Shown here in pieces: positions 1 through 8,827 of a stretch of 48,740 nt of DNA. The stretch is taken from contig JBFRWN010000024.1 of assembly GCA_051439605.1 (NCBI GenBank), positions 1-48,740 of the forward strand, in the 5' to 3' direction. Numbering within the stretch: position 1 is the stretch's first letter; the number at the start of each line of letters is the position of its first letter. Source of the DNA: Synechococcus sp. (GTDB taxonomy: Bacteria; Cyanobacteriota; Cyanobacteriia; Thermostichales; PCC-7336). The notes below the pieces were generated by a model. That model did no database searches and had not been told where the DNA came from. It was given only the letters and a program-made list of their open reading frames with translations. The position numbers were made by a program, and so were the translations under genes.

Positions 1-574
1 GTACATACTGGAGCGATGGTGCAAGGCTTTTGGCCGATTATTTCAATTTCCCTTGCACTTGGCCACTGCTTTATGAGCTTGAAAGCCACCAATAGCAATA
101 GAACTAGACTTCAACAGCTGGCCCTAGTTAGGGCTCTTGCATTAATCGAATAGACAAACCAAGACATTAGGATTTCAGACTAAAGTTGGTATTCGTTCAG
201 GAAGTCTATTCCGCTTCCGGCATAAACGCGCCTGAGGGAAGCTTGCGGTCCAGCGATAAAGCCGCTCAAAGACTCAAGACAGTCGCTCCAGATTCTGCTC
301 TAGCGCCTTATTCATCGGTAAATCAACCGATATTTTTGTGGGGTTAATCAGCCTTATCAGTAATCTAAAAGTCACCACCTCCAGCAGGTTGAAGAGTTTT
401 ATCGAACGCCCCAAACCCAGTTCTCATCTGCTTTACAGGAGGATGAAGAGAGTATGAAAATCTAGAAATAACTTTGAGAAGTACAACGGATCGTCTCGAA
501 GCATCCCAAGTTGAGCGCTTCAGGTCAACCACGACAAACAATAATATTAAAGTGCGCAGATTTGGAGCTTTGTC

Positions 575-1390
575 ATGACCGAAAAGCTTATTAAGGGATT
601 AGAGCGATTCCAAAAAGGCTACTATCGCGAGCACAAAGCGACGTTTGAAGCTCTCGCTACCAGCCAATCACCGCGGGTACTGTTCATTACCTGCTCGGAT
701 TCCCGCGTCGATCCCAACTTGATTACCCAATCTGGAGTGGGAGAGATATTTGTCATTCGCAATGCCGGTAACATCATGCCTCCTTTTGGAGCCGCTAATG
801 GTGGAGAAGGAGCCGCACTAGAGTACGCGCTAGAGGCGTTAGATATTCGAGAGATTGTCGTTTGCGGCCACACCAACTGCGGAGCCATGAAGGGCCTATT
901 TAAAATGGATAAGCTGCAAAAGAAAATGCCGTTGGTCTACGACTGGCTGCTGCAGACTGAAGCCACCCGCAGAGTCCTGACAGAAAACTACAGCCACTGT
1001 AGCCACGAGGATCAGCTAGATATTGCTGTCGCGGAAAACGTTCTAACTCAATTAGAGAACCTGCGCACTTACCCTATTGTGCGAGCCAAACTGCACCGCA
1101 ACGAGCTGGTTTTGCATGGCTGGATTTATGACATCGAAGGGGGCAAAGTGCTGGCCTACGATGCCAATCTGCATGAGTTTGTTCCTCCTGCCGAAGTGTC
1201 TCAGCCTGGAGAACCTGAATTTAGTTTGAGGGTGGCTTGCTCCCGTCCGGCTGAATCCAATCAACCCATTTCTCCACCCGCTGCAAATCCCGCACAACCC
1301 TCTCGCGAGGTTGCTCGCAGCTTACCCGGAGGCTCTCGTCTCACTTCAGCACAAGCAGAAAGGATTTTTCGGGGCAGCGATCGCCGATAA
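575..1390 (+). CDS. ccaA: Beta-class carbonic anhydrase, CcaA/IcfA-like (carboxysomal type) with extended C-terminal tail
   Basis: Beta-CA motifs CSDSR, RNAGN and HxxC (GHTNCGAM). The Pro-rich linker ends in LTSAQAERIFRGS, resembling the C-terminal peptide of cyanobacterial CcaA. Confidence 0.85.
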   Translation: MTEKLIKGLERFQKGYYREHKATFEALATSQSPRVLFITCSDSRVDPNLITQSGVGEIFVIRNAGNIMPPFGAANGGEGAALEYALEALDIREIVVCGHTNCGAMKGLFKMDKLQKKMPLVYDWLLQTEATRRVLTENYSHCSHEDQLDIAVAENVLTQLENLRTYPIVRAKLHRNELVLHGWIYDIEGGKVLAYDANLHEFVPPAEVSQPGEPEFSLRVACSRPAESNQPISPPAANPAQPSREVARSLPGGSRLTSAQAERIFRGSDRR

Positions 1391-1418
1391 AAGTACCGCG
1401 AATGACCGTTCCTAGGTA

Positions 1419-2162
1419 TTAGTAAAACAGTAGTAGACAGATAAAGCCGAGGGTTGCCACCACCAGCATGGTGAGAAGGGCTAATTGTTCAAGCGAGCGA
1501 ATGCGAACAACAGCTTTACTCAACTGTTGTTCGAGACGGACTCGTTCCTCATTAGATAACTCCCTGTATTGATTTCGAGTCTGCGCACCTTTAGCAAGAG
1601 CAGTCCGGTAAGGAGAAGTATTACTTGGATCGGCAAAATGGGGTTGAGTTGGCTGACTGGCAGACGCATTCAGGTGTTGTACGTGTTCGCCAGTGTTGGA
1701 GAGAGCGTAGGGCTGGGGCGTTCGTTCGATGTTGGTACGCAGGATCTCCTCATGCATACCTGGCCCCAGCTGGAAATAGCCCTTGTGGATGGAATGGATG
1801 GTATTGATAAGCTCGGTAGGGGGCGTGGCTTTGTGCAGGTAACCATTGACTCCCATTTGGATAGCGCGATTGAGGTACTCAACATCGTCATAGCTACTCA
1901 GGACAAGTACCTTTGTTGAAGGGAATCGCTTGACGATCGCCCCACAGGCGGATAGGCCATCGAGGCCAGGCATTTCGATGTCCAAAATGGCGATATCGGG
2001 ATTAAGCTCTTCGATCAGAGCGATTGCAGATTGACCGCTATTTGCGATACCAACCACCTTTATGCTCGGATCCTCGGACAAGTATGCTTTCAGCATTTCT
2101 TGAATGGACAGTTGATCGTCCACTATGAGCACGCTGATGGTGTTTGTATTTTGCACAATCAC
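1419..2162 (-). CDS. Response regulator: NarL-like receiver domain, low-complexity linker, C-terminal hydrophobic helix, no recognisable HTH
   Basis: VLIVDD...ILDIEMP...VLSS...YLHK receiver motifs; C-terminus LALLTMLVVATLGFICLLLFY. Confidence 0.85.
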   Translation of the reverse strand: MIVQNTNTISVLIVDDQLSIQEMLKAYLSEDPSIKVVGIANSGQSAIALIEELNPDIAILDIEMPGLDGLSACGAIVKRFPSTKVLVLSSYDDVEYLNRAIQMGVNGYLHKATPPTELINTIHSIHKGYFQLGPGMHEEILRTNIERTPQPYALSNTGEHVQHLNASASQPTQPHFADPSNTSPYRTALAKGAQTRNQYRELSNEERVRLEQQLSKAVVRIRSLEQLALLTMLVVATLGFICLLLFY

Positions 2163-2524
2163 GTTACTTTTAAGCTGGGCTCCATCGTATCAACATACTT
2201 AAACAATTTCATAATCAAGTTTCCGTCTCTGTGAGTCCGGCTATTTCTGGCGAGAGCATCCGCATGCCAAACATCACAATAGTGACAAAAGCAGCATATG
2301 GCTGCGTTTAAGCGCCATTCTACTGAACTACAAAAAGATGTTACCCTCTGAAATCACCATTGGTGTCATCGACGTCAGTTCGCTCGTATTGGCTCTAATG
2401 CAAAGCCAGCGTTGAACGAAAATATCCGCATTCGAGGCTCTTGTTCTCCTTACCCACGCCAGGAGAAGGCCATAGAACTCTGGTCATCGATAGACTCATC
2501 TCGTTAATGACAACGCTCTAAACA

Positions 2525-2572
2525 AAATGCAGCCGGCATTTACCCGAACTGTGGTCGGTGCCAGCTGCATTT
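2525..2572 (-). terminator. Long hairpin, probable intrinsic terminator of the 1384-aa gene
   Basis: Arms aaatgcagccggca / tgccagctgcattt (1 mismatch) plus an inner ccga/tcgg stem. On the minus strand it runs into TTTTGTTT, ~115 bp past the stop at 2687. Confidence 0.6.
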
Positions 2573-2686
2573 GTCTATTGGCTGAATTGATAAAACATCA
2601 TAGAACTTGCCAAGGTAGCCGCGTTATGAAAACGCTATGAAACCTAAAGCAGAATGAATGTTTTTCAATCAGCACTCGGAGCCAGT

Positions 2687-5600
2687 TTAAGCAAAGTTCC
2701 AACGACCAACTAGGCCATCATCTAGATCGACATAGTAGAGTCGTCCATCATCGCCCATGATTATCTGAGAAACTGTCCTCGATCCTGTCGCAAAGACATC
2801 TAATCCAGTCACGTTGCCAGCTGAGTCGAGGCTAATATTTCGGACAATACCGGTAGAGGCATCGACGAAAAATACATCCCCTTGATACTCGTCAGGGTAA
2901 GCAGTGCCCAAGTAGATATCGCCCATCACGACAGATCTGGCACCATCATTGGCGTGATCGAGGGAAACCAATGGGGCAACCACGTCATCTGCTGCTGCAC
3001 TGCTATAAAAATCTTGAGCGCGTTGGGTTCCTTCAAACTGTTCGGTTGGGAGGTTATCGGTCTGTGAAGGAGTACCGGTTGCTCCTCCCTCGTAATAGGG
3101 CCATCCAAAGTTGGCTCCCCTTGGCCCCGTATTCACTTCTTCCCAGGTGTTCCAGCCCGTTTCACCGATATAAATCTGTCCAGTAACTGGATGAATGGTG
3201 ATGCGGAATGGGTTGCGCAGTCCCCACTGCCAAACCTTAGACCGGTTGGAGTCAGGATCGCCGTCATAGAACGGATTTGTACTGTCAAATGCGTCGCCGG
3301 TTATCGGATCGATGCGCAGAATCTTGCCGTTTAAACTATCCAGTTCTTGAGACCGCCATGCCCCCTGGTTGAATGTGGCAATAGCACCATCACCTAGGCT
3401 GACGTAGAGGGCTCCATCCGGGCCAAATTCTAGAGAACCAGTGTTGTGGAAGTTGGATTCCACCGCCATATAATCCTGGACGTAGGTGCCATCTGGATTC
3501 ACACCTCCATTATTGTTGCTGCCTACACCGGCAGAGAGAGTGGGATCGTAAAAATCCGAAGTACTGTTTTCGCCCAGTAACACCACTTCGCTACCCGCAA
3601 CCGCCGTTGTGTAGCCTGTGGCTGCGTCTGCGGTCACGCGGATGACTCTAGCCGCTCTCACTCCGGATCCATCTTGTTCAAAGAGTTCAGGATTCTCAGG
3701 ATCGGCAGGAGCGGGGGCGTCATCGTCGTAGGCAAAGAAGAAATAAACGTAAGGGTTATTCTCAAAGTCTGGATGAACGGCAAGATCCGTCAGTCCTCGC
3801 GTCGTGAACCTGTCATTATTGACTTGGTCTCGGATATCGAGGAAAGGCGTTGGGAGAACGGAGCCGTTTTCATAGACCCTAATAAGACCGCTCTTTTCAG
3901 CGATATAGAAAGTATCGCTGTTTGGAATCCATTCAATGGCCTGCGGTGCATCCAAGCCTGAAACAATGACCTCTCTTTCAAAGGTTCCTGTCGTGGGAGG
4001 GGGGGGTGGGGGAGGGGGATCTCCTCCATCGGGAATATCTGCATCAGCCACCAATGCTGAAATGTCGGACGCACTTAAAGCAGAGTTGTAAACTGCAACT
4101 TCAGCAATTTCGCCTCCGAACCCTTCGATGGCAGTTCCTTCAATAAAGCCACCTTCCAAGAACCTGGAATCCTGGTTAACTCCACCAATACCAGTATCGG
4201 CAGCATGTCTCCAAAGTTGACTCCCCTCTCCACTGCCAAATTCAACACCGTCTAAGTAGCCTCTGAAGGCACCAGCTTGGGTCGTTGGATTATCGGGGTC
4301 TGCATCCAGGACTAGGGCAACATGATGCCAGGTGTTGGCCTGGATATCGCCTGTGGATAAGTAGGTTCCGGTCCAGTTGCTTTCAGGTAGGTTCCAGCCA
4401 CCCACGTAAAGCCTGTCGTTCTCGATATAGATATTCAGACCTCTGCTCCCCCCACCTTCTTCGTAAATTACCTGCTTGGGTTCGGTATCCGTGGTGTTTG
4501 GCCTGAAAACCGTCGTATTGTCTACATTAAACCAAGCGGTAATGGTGCGTTGGGGGAAGTTACCTAGATTGATGTCGGGACTATCGTTAACCTCGACATA
4601 ATCGTCTACTCCGTCGAGTTGAACGGCACCACCCAGCGAGCCTCCAGCAGTAGTCAGGCTAGCGCCGTTGAACAAAAATCCTGGATTGGCCGATCCTTCA
4701 GTAGAGGAATCCGGCGTCTCGGTACTGTTGACTTCGTCGAAGGTCCAGCGGCCAACGGGTCCAGTACTGCCACTATCAGGAGGCGGAGGAGTGGGGTCGT
4801 CATCAGGAGGCGGAGGAATGGGGTCGTCATCAGGAGGTGGAGGGGTGTCGCCGTTCGCGATGCTGGCAATTTCAGCCGCAGTCAGAACTTCGTTGTAGAC
4901 TGCAACTTCACCAATACTGCCTGCTAGAGCTGCAACAGCAGTGCCTCTGATATCGCCATCATGAAACTGGGTATCGTTGCTAACCGCTCCGATGCCGATA
5001 TCGCCGGCATGTCTCCAAATTTGAGTCCCTTCTCCACTGCCAAATTCCACACCGTTCAAGTAGCCTCTAAAGGCACCAGCTTGAGTCGTAGTCACATCAG
5101 GAGCTGCATCTAAGACTAAGGCAACGTGATACCAAGTATTCGCTTGGATGCCTGTGGATAAGAAGGTTCCATCCCAACCGCTTTCGATTTCATTCCAGCC
5201 GCCCACGTAAAGGCTGCCATTGTCAACATAGATATTGAGACCTCTGGTCGCGCCACCTTCTTCGAAAATAACCTGCTTATTTGCGCCTGTGGTGCTGTCA
5301 ACGTTAAACCAAGCTGAGATAGTGCGTTGCGCAAAGTTACCCAGATTGATATCGGTACTATCTTCAATATCGACAAAATCGTTAATTCCATCGAGTTCAA
5401 CGGTGCCTCCAATCGAACCTCCGGCAGAACCGAGAGTTGCACCATTGCGCAGGAGTCCTGGGTTATCTCCTCCGGCAGTGGAGGAATCAGGGATAGCTGC
5501 ACCACTCTGTTCATCAAAGGTCCAGCGGGCAACGGCTCCAGGCACAGTCCCACCATCAGGGGGTGGAGGAGTAGGGTCACCATCAGGGGGTGGGGGAGTA

Positions 5601-6841
5601 GGGTCACCATCAGGGGGTGGAGGAGTATCGCCGTTGGCGAGGTCGGCAATTTCAGCAGCACTCAGAACTTCGTTGTAGACTGCGACTTCACCAAGGCTGC
5701 CACCAAAGCCTGCTGAACCACTTCCAACGGCGTCGCCATCGTGGAACTGGGTATCGCCTTGGATGGCTCCAAGCGCAATCTGGCCGTTGTGACGTGAAAG
5801 CTCGGCCCCCTCTCCTACAGCAAATTCAACGCCGTCTATGTAGGCTCGAAAAGCACCGGGTTGAGCCACAGGATCGCTAGGAGCTGCATCTAAAACAAGG
5901 GTGACATGATGCCACGTATTGGAATCAAACTGATCGGTCGATAAGTAGGTTCCCTGTGCAAACGTGCTCTTCGAGCCATCCCAGGCACCAACGTAAAGTC
6001 TTCCTGAATCGATGTAGATGTTAGCCCCTTTATAGTCTCCTCCTTCCTCGTAAATAACCTGTTTACGACTGGTAATATCTTTATCTGTGACGTTAAACCA
6101 TGCGGTGATGGTTCGTTGAGGATAGGTGCCTTGGTTGATATCTACAGAACTATCGACATCGACATAATCGTCGACTCCATCAAATACAAGGGTGCCTCCA
6201 ATCGAACCTCCCGCATCGCCGGTGCCAGTGCCATTGCGCAAAAATCCTGGATTATCTCCCCCTTCGAGGGAAGAATCCTCTGTCAGGTTACCAACGAGAG
6301 GTTCGTCGAAGGTCCAGCGGGCAACAGCAAGGTTTTCTGAGTACAGTGACTGGATGACAGAGCTGAGGCCAATGTCTGTTTCAATTTCCCCAACAGTAGC
6401 TTCTAGAGCCCAATCTCCCCCCTGTCCGGTCAAGTCATCCGATGCAGCAATATCGGCTCCGATGGTTTGGCTGAGCTGCTCGAGAAATAATGTCCCGTCG
6501 TTCGAAGCAGCTACATTGCAGCCATAAAAAAGAACATCGGCATTGGTGTTGAGGGCTTGACCCCAACCCGATAAATCATCGGCATAAGTACTGAGAGTGG
6601 AAGCATCGAGAGTTGAGCTGCCGAGTTGAAGACTGCCGTCTTCTCCATGGGAGTAAATATGGATACTTTCGACGTTCTCGTAACCAGCAAGAATTTCCGA
6701 GATCTGCTCGATACCGTTTCTACTGGAATCCAGCACAAAGACGCTATCGGATTCTATACCAGAGAGCAAAGTGGACAAATCGCCCAGGCCGCCGTCGACA
6801 AAAGCTATCGACTGTTCCAAACCAGTGGGAGTAGAGTTCAT
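2687..6841 (-). CDS. Large acidic multidomain protein: DUF4347 + three LamG-like jelly-roll domains + C-terminal PQQ-dependent glucose/sorbosone dehydrogenase-type beta-propeller
   Basis: N-terminal IAFVDG...IHIYSHG...LQLG...FYGCNVA...AASDDLTG..GDWALE (DUF4347). Three RWTFDE...FDGVDDYV...TITAWF...WHHV...VAVYN repeats are separated by Pro linkers. The C-terminus has HNTGSLEFGPDGALYVSLGD, LNGKILRIDP, GLRNPFR, EEVN and NFGWP (GSDH). Confidence 0.85.
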   Translation of the reverse strand: MNSTPTGLEQSIAFVDGGLGDLSTLLSGIESDSVFVLDSSRNGIEQISEILAGYENVESIHIYSHGEDGSLQLGSSTLDASTLSTYADDLSGWGQALNTNADVLFYGCNVAASNDGTLFLEQLSQTIGADIAASDDLTGQGGDWALEATVGEIETDIGLSSVIQSLYSENLAVARWTFDEPLVGNLTEDSSLEGGDNPGFLRNGTGTGDAGGSIGGTLVFDGVDDYVDVDSSVDINQGTYPQRTITAWFNVTDKDITSRKQVIYEEGGDYKGANIYIDSGRLYVGAWDGSKSTFAQGTYLSTDQFDSNTWHHVTLVLDAAPSDPVAQPGAFRAYIDGVEFAVGEGAELSRHNGQIALGAIQGDTQFHDGDAVGSGSAGFGGSLGEVAVYNEVLSAAEIADLANGDTPPPPDGDPTPPPPDGDPTPPPPDGGTVPGAVARWTFDEQSGAAIPDSSTAGGDNPGLLRNGATLGSAGGSIGGTVELDGINDFVDIEDSTDINLGNFAQRTISAWFNVDSTTGANKQVIFEEGGATRGLNIYVDNGSLYVGGWNEIESGWDGTFLSTGIQANTWYHVALVLDAAPDVTTTQAGAFRGYLNGVEFGSGEGTQIWRHAGDIGIGAVSNDTQFHDGDIRGTAVAALAGSIGEVAVYNEVLTAAEIASIANGDTPPPPDDDPIPPPPDDDPTPPPPDSGSTGPVGRWTFDEVNSTETPDSSTEGSANPGFLFNGASLTTAGGSLGGAVQLDGVDDYVEVNDSPDINLGNFPQRTITAWFNVDNTTVFRPNTTDTEPKQVIYEEGGGSRGLNIYIENDRLYVGGWNLPESNWTGTYLSTGDIQANTWHHVALVLDADPDNPTTQAGAFRGYLDGVEFGSGEGSQLWRHAADTGIGGVNQDSRFLEGGFIEGTAIEGFGGEIAEVAVYNSALSASDISALVADADIPDGGDPPPPPPPPTTGTFEREVIVSGLDAPQAIEWIPNSDTFYIAEKSGLIRVYENGSVLPTPFLDIRDQVNNDRFTTRGLTDLAVHPDFENNPYVYFFFAYDDDAPAPADPENPELFEQDGSGVRAARVIRVTADAATGYTTAVAGSEVVLLGENSTSDFYDPTLSAGVGSNNNGGVNPDGTYVQDYMAVESNFHNTGSLEFGPDGALYVSLGDGAIATFNQGAWRSQELDSLNGKILRIDPITGDAFDSTNPFYDGDPDSNRSKVWQWGLRNPFRITIHPVTGQIYIGETGWNTWEEVNTGPRGANFGWPYYEGGATGTPSQTDNLPTEQFEGTQRAQDFYSSAAADDVVAPLVSLDHANDGARSVVMGDIYLGTAYPDEYQGDVFFVDASTGIVRNISLDSAGNVTGLDVFATGSRTVSQIIMGDDGRLYYVDLDDGLVGRWNFA
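4775..4848 (-). repeat. 27-bp tandem repeat (about 3 copies) encoding the DDDPTPPPP linker
   Basis: atcaggaggcggaggagtggggtcgtc-like unit at 4775, 4802 and 4829. Confidence 0.85.
5551..5627 (-). repeat. 27-bp tandem repeat (about 3 copies) encoding the DGDPTPPPP linker
   Basis: caccatcagggggtggaggagtagggt unit at 5551, 5578 and 5605 (last copy partial). Confidence 0.9.
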
Positions 6842-7307
6842 GAGAATACCAACAACGCTGCACGCCAGTCACGAATTAAAAGAACCGTGACGAACCATCA
6901 AACTAGGCAATAGCGCCTAAGTAAACATACTGAAGGAGAATACACATCTGAAGAGAATTCCGCAACCGTACTGCTACAGACAGTGATATATTCCGAAGAC
7001 TTATGGGTATTGAAACACACAGTACGGAGACCAGCCGTATCGGGGGACACTTAGGGATATAATTTATACCTATATACCTCTGGGTCTTTCTCTTTTGGTG
7101 TCGATGTCAAGGCTACAAAGCGTTAGAGCGTATCCTCGTCGCAAATCTTCGATCAGTCATCCAGAATTCTGCCTAGAGTTAGATATTGTTGGCTTAAAGA
7201 GGTGAGCAGCTACAGCGTTGCTAGCGACCACGGCATTCAGGCCACTGCGTACACATCGCTTGCGTGCAGTCCTCGCTACTCGACTTGACCGTCAGGTTCA
7301 CTTAACG

Positions 7308-7336
7308 AAAAAACGGAAGGCAATTTAGCCTCCCGC
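7308..7336 (-). terminator. Intrinsic terminator after rplL
   Basis: Minus strand GCGGGAGGC-TAAATT-GCCTTCCGT followed by a T-run, ~50 bp after the rplL stop. Confidence 0.8.
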
Positions 7337-7388
7337 ATGAGATAAAACTGCAGCAAAGCTCTGGAACCAGAGCTTTGCCAAGCAGAAA

Positions 7389-7778
7389 TTACTTGATGGA
7401 CACTTTGGCGCCCACTTCTTCCAGCTTCTTCTTGGCTTCCTCGGCATCTTCCTTGGAAACGCCTTCTTTGATCGCCTTGGGGGCGGACTCTACCACGCCT
7501 TTGGCGTCCTTCAGACCTAAGCCGGTCAGCTCGCGTACTGCCTTTAGAACCTTGATCTTCTCGCCGCCGACATCTTCCAGGACAACGTCGAATTCGGTCT
7601 TCTCTTCAGCGACTTCACCGCCTCCACCAGCGCCAGGAGCAGCAGCAACCATTACGGGAGCGGCTGCCGCAGCGGCGCTAACTTCGAAGGTTTCTTCGAT
7701 AGCTTTAACCAGCTCGGAAGCCTCGAGCAGGGTCATACCCTTGAGTTCTTCAATAATGCCGTCGATCTTTGCAGACAT
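7389..7778 (-). CDS. rplL: 50S ribosomal protein L7/L12
   Basis: [60 protein letters not shown] upstream. Confidence 0.99.
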   Translation of the reverse strand: MSAKIDGIIEELKGMTLLEASELVKAIEETFEVSAAAAAAPVMVAAAPGAGGGGEVAEEKTEFDVVLEDVGGEKIKVLKAVRELTGLGLKDAKGVVESAPKAIKEGVSKEDAEEAKKKLEEVGAKVSIK

Positions 7779-7850
7779 GGATTGTCTCCTTTAGGTGTGC
7801 AGGGATTGATAAATACAAGAAATAGCCAGCCAGAGAGATGGCAGTCGCGC

Positions 7851-8387
7851 CTATGCAGCGTCTTTCTGCTTCTCTTCCAATGCGGCGATCGCACGAGCCA
7901 GAGAGGTGGGTACCTCTTTGATGCCGATGGCCAGCTTGGTTGCGACTGCATTAATGCCGCCAGCAATCTGGGAAATAAGGACCTCTTTGGAAGGCAGGGC
8001 GCCAATCGCTTTGACCTGGTCGTAGCTGTACGAAGTACCGTCCATGACGGCTCCGCGACATTCGCTCTTCTTAGAGTCCTTTTGGAATTTTTGGTAAGCC
8101 TTGATGGCAGCTGCAACATCCCCTTTGATCAGGATGAAAGCAGACTGACCACCTAATAAATCTCCGATGGGTTCCCATTCGGGCTTTTCGGAAATGGCTC
8201 GTCGCATGAGGGTGTTTTTGACCACCATGCAAACTGAATCAGTCGGATACAGCTGGTTGCGCAGCTCGGAAATCTCAGGAACGGTCAGGGCGGTGTAATC
8301 GATCGCCATCACCATCTCAGATTCATCCAAGAGCGCCTCCACGGATGCGACAATCTCTTGCTTTTGCGCCAAAGATTGTTTACCCAC
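7851..8387 (-). CDS. rplJ: 50S ribosomal protein L10 (GTG start)
   Basis: DYTALTVPEISELR, VVKNTLMRRA, LPSKEVLISQIAG; AAGGAGG RBS; lies directly upstream of rplL. Confidence 0.98.
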   Translation of the reverse strand: MGKQSLAQKQEIVASVEALLDESEMVMAIDYTALTVPEISELRNQLYPTDSVCMVVKNTLMRRAISEKPEWEPIGDLLGGQSAFILIKGDVAAAIKAYQKFQKDSKKSECRGAVMDGTSYSYDQVKAIGALPSKEVLISQIAGGINAVATKLAIGIKEVPTSLARAIAALEEKQKDAA

Positions 8388-8471
8388 GGATGACCTCCTT
8401 TTAAGATTCGTGTTCTTTAAGCACGGTGCTTGTTTGTGATGAAGTGATGGGTCGACCGAAAGTCAGCCAAT

Positions 8472-8603
8472 AAAAAAGCCTCGGCAAAACCGAGACGTCA
8501 CAAGGGAGGGAAGCTGGTAATGTCGCTAGTTATCGCGACGGAGCCAAACTCTTATCTCCAACCTTGGCAGGATATTAAGCTTGCGCACCTGCTGTCTGCG
8601 GCC
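8472..8603 (-). ncRNA. Ribosomal protein L10 leader (cis-regulatory RNA) with terminator-like hairpin
   Basis: Minus strand GCCGCAGACAGCAGG...TTAATATCCTGCCAAGG matches the L10-leader core. It is followed by GTCTCGG-TTTTG-CCGAGGC-TTTTTT (8472-8496) upstream of rplJ. Confidence 0.85.
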
Positions 8604-8670
8604 AGATATCGATCTGTTTCGAGTGTGCTCGCTAAACTTTCCCCAAAATCATTTTTCGCACCGGCTTATA

Positions 8671-8698
8671 ACTATAACGTGAATCCCCGCATATTCAA
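8671..8698 (-). promoter_or_regulatory. Putative sigma70-type promoter for L10 leader-rplJ-rplL
   Basis: Minus strand TTGAAT (8698-8693), 16 nt spacer, TATAGT (8676-8671), just upstream of the leader. Confidence 0.5.
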
Positions 8699-8827
8699 GC
8701 ATTCCGTTGAAATCTGTTAGGGAATTACTCGCCTATTCAAGCCATTGACTAAAGCGTTCGTGGGAAGACCAACTGGACAGATCGCTTGATTGATTTAGTA
8801 TTGCGGTGTGTGTTGACAATCTCGTCC

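Noticed and set aside
3..95. Possible 3' end of a gene entering from the left (frame 3: TYWSDGARLLADYFNFPCTWPLLYELESHQ*) with a small hairpin at 121-134
   Set aside because: All three plus frames are open for 25-50 codons and no motif is recognisable, so no frame or product can be supported.
92..107. ATAG-N8-CTAG resembling an NdhR/CcmR site upstream of the carbonic anhydrase
   Set aside because: One mismatch in a short motif ~470 bp from the start; expected by chance.
7375..8156. Antisense or alternate-frame ORFs over rplL/rplJ (7375-7794, 7733-8119, 7782-8156)
   Set aside because: Shadow ORFs of strongly biased ribosomal protein genes, with no protein-like features.
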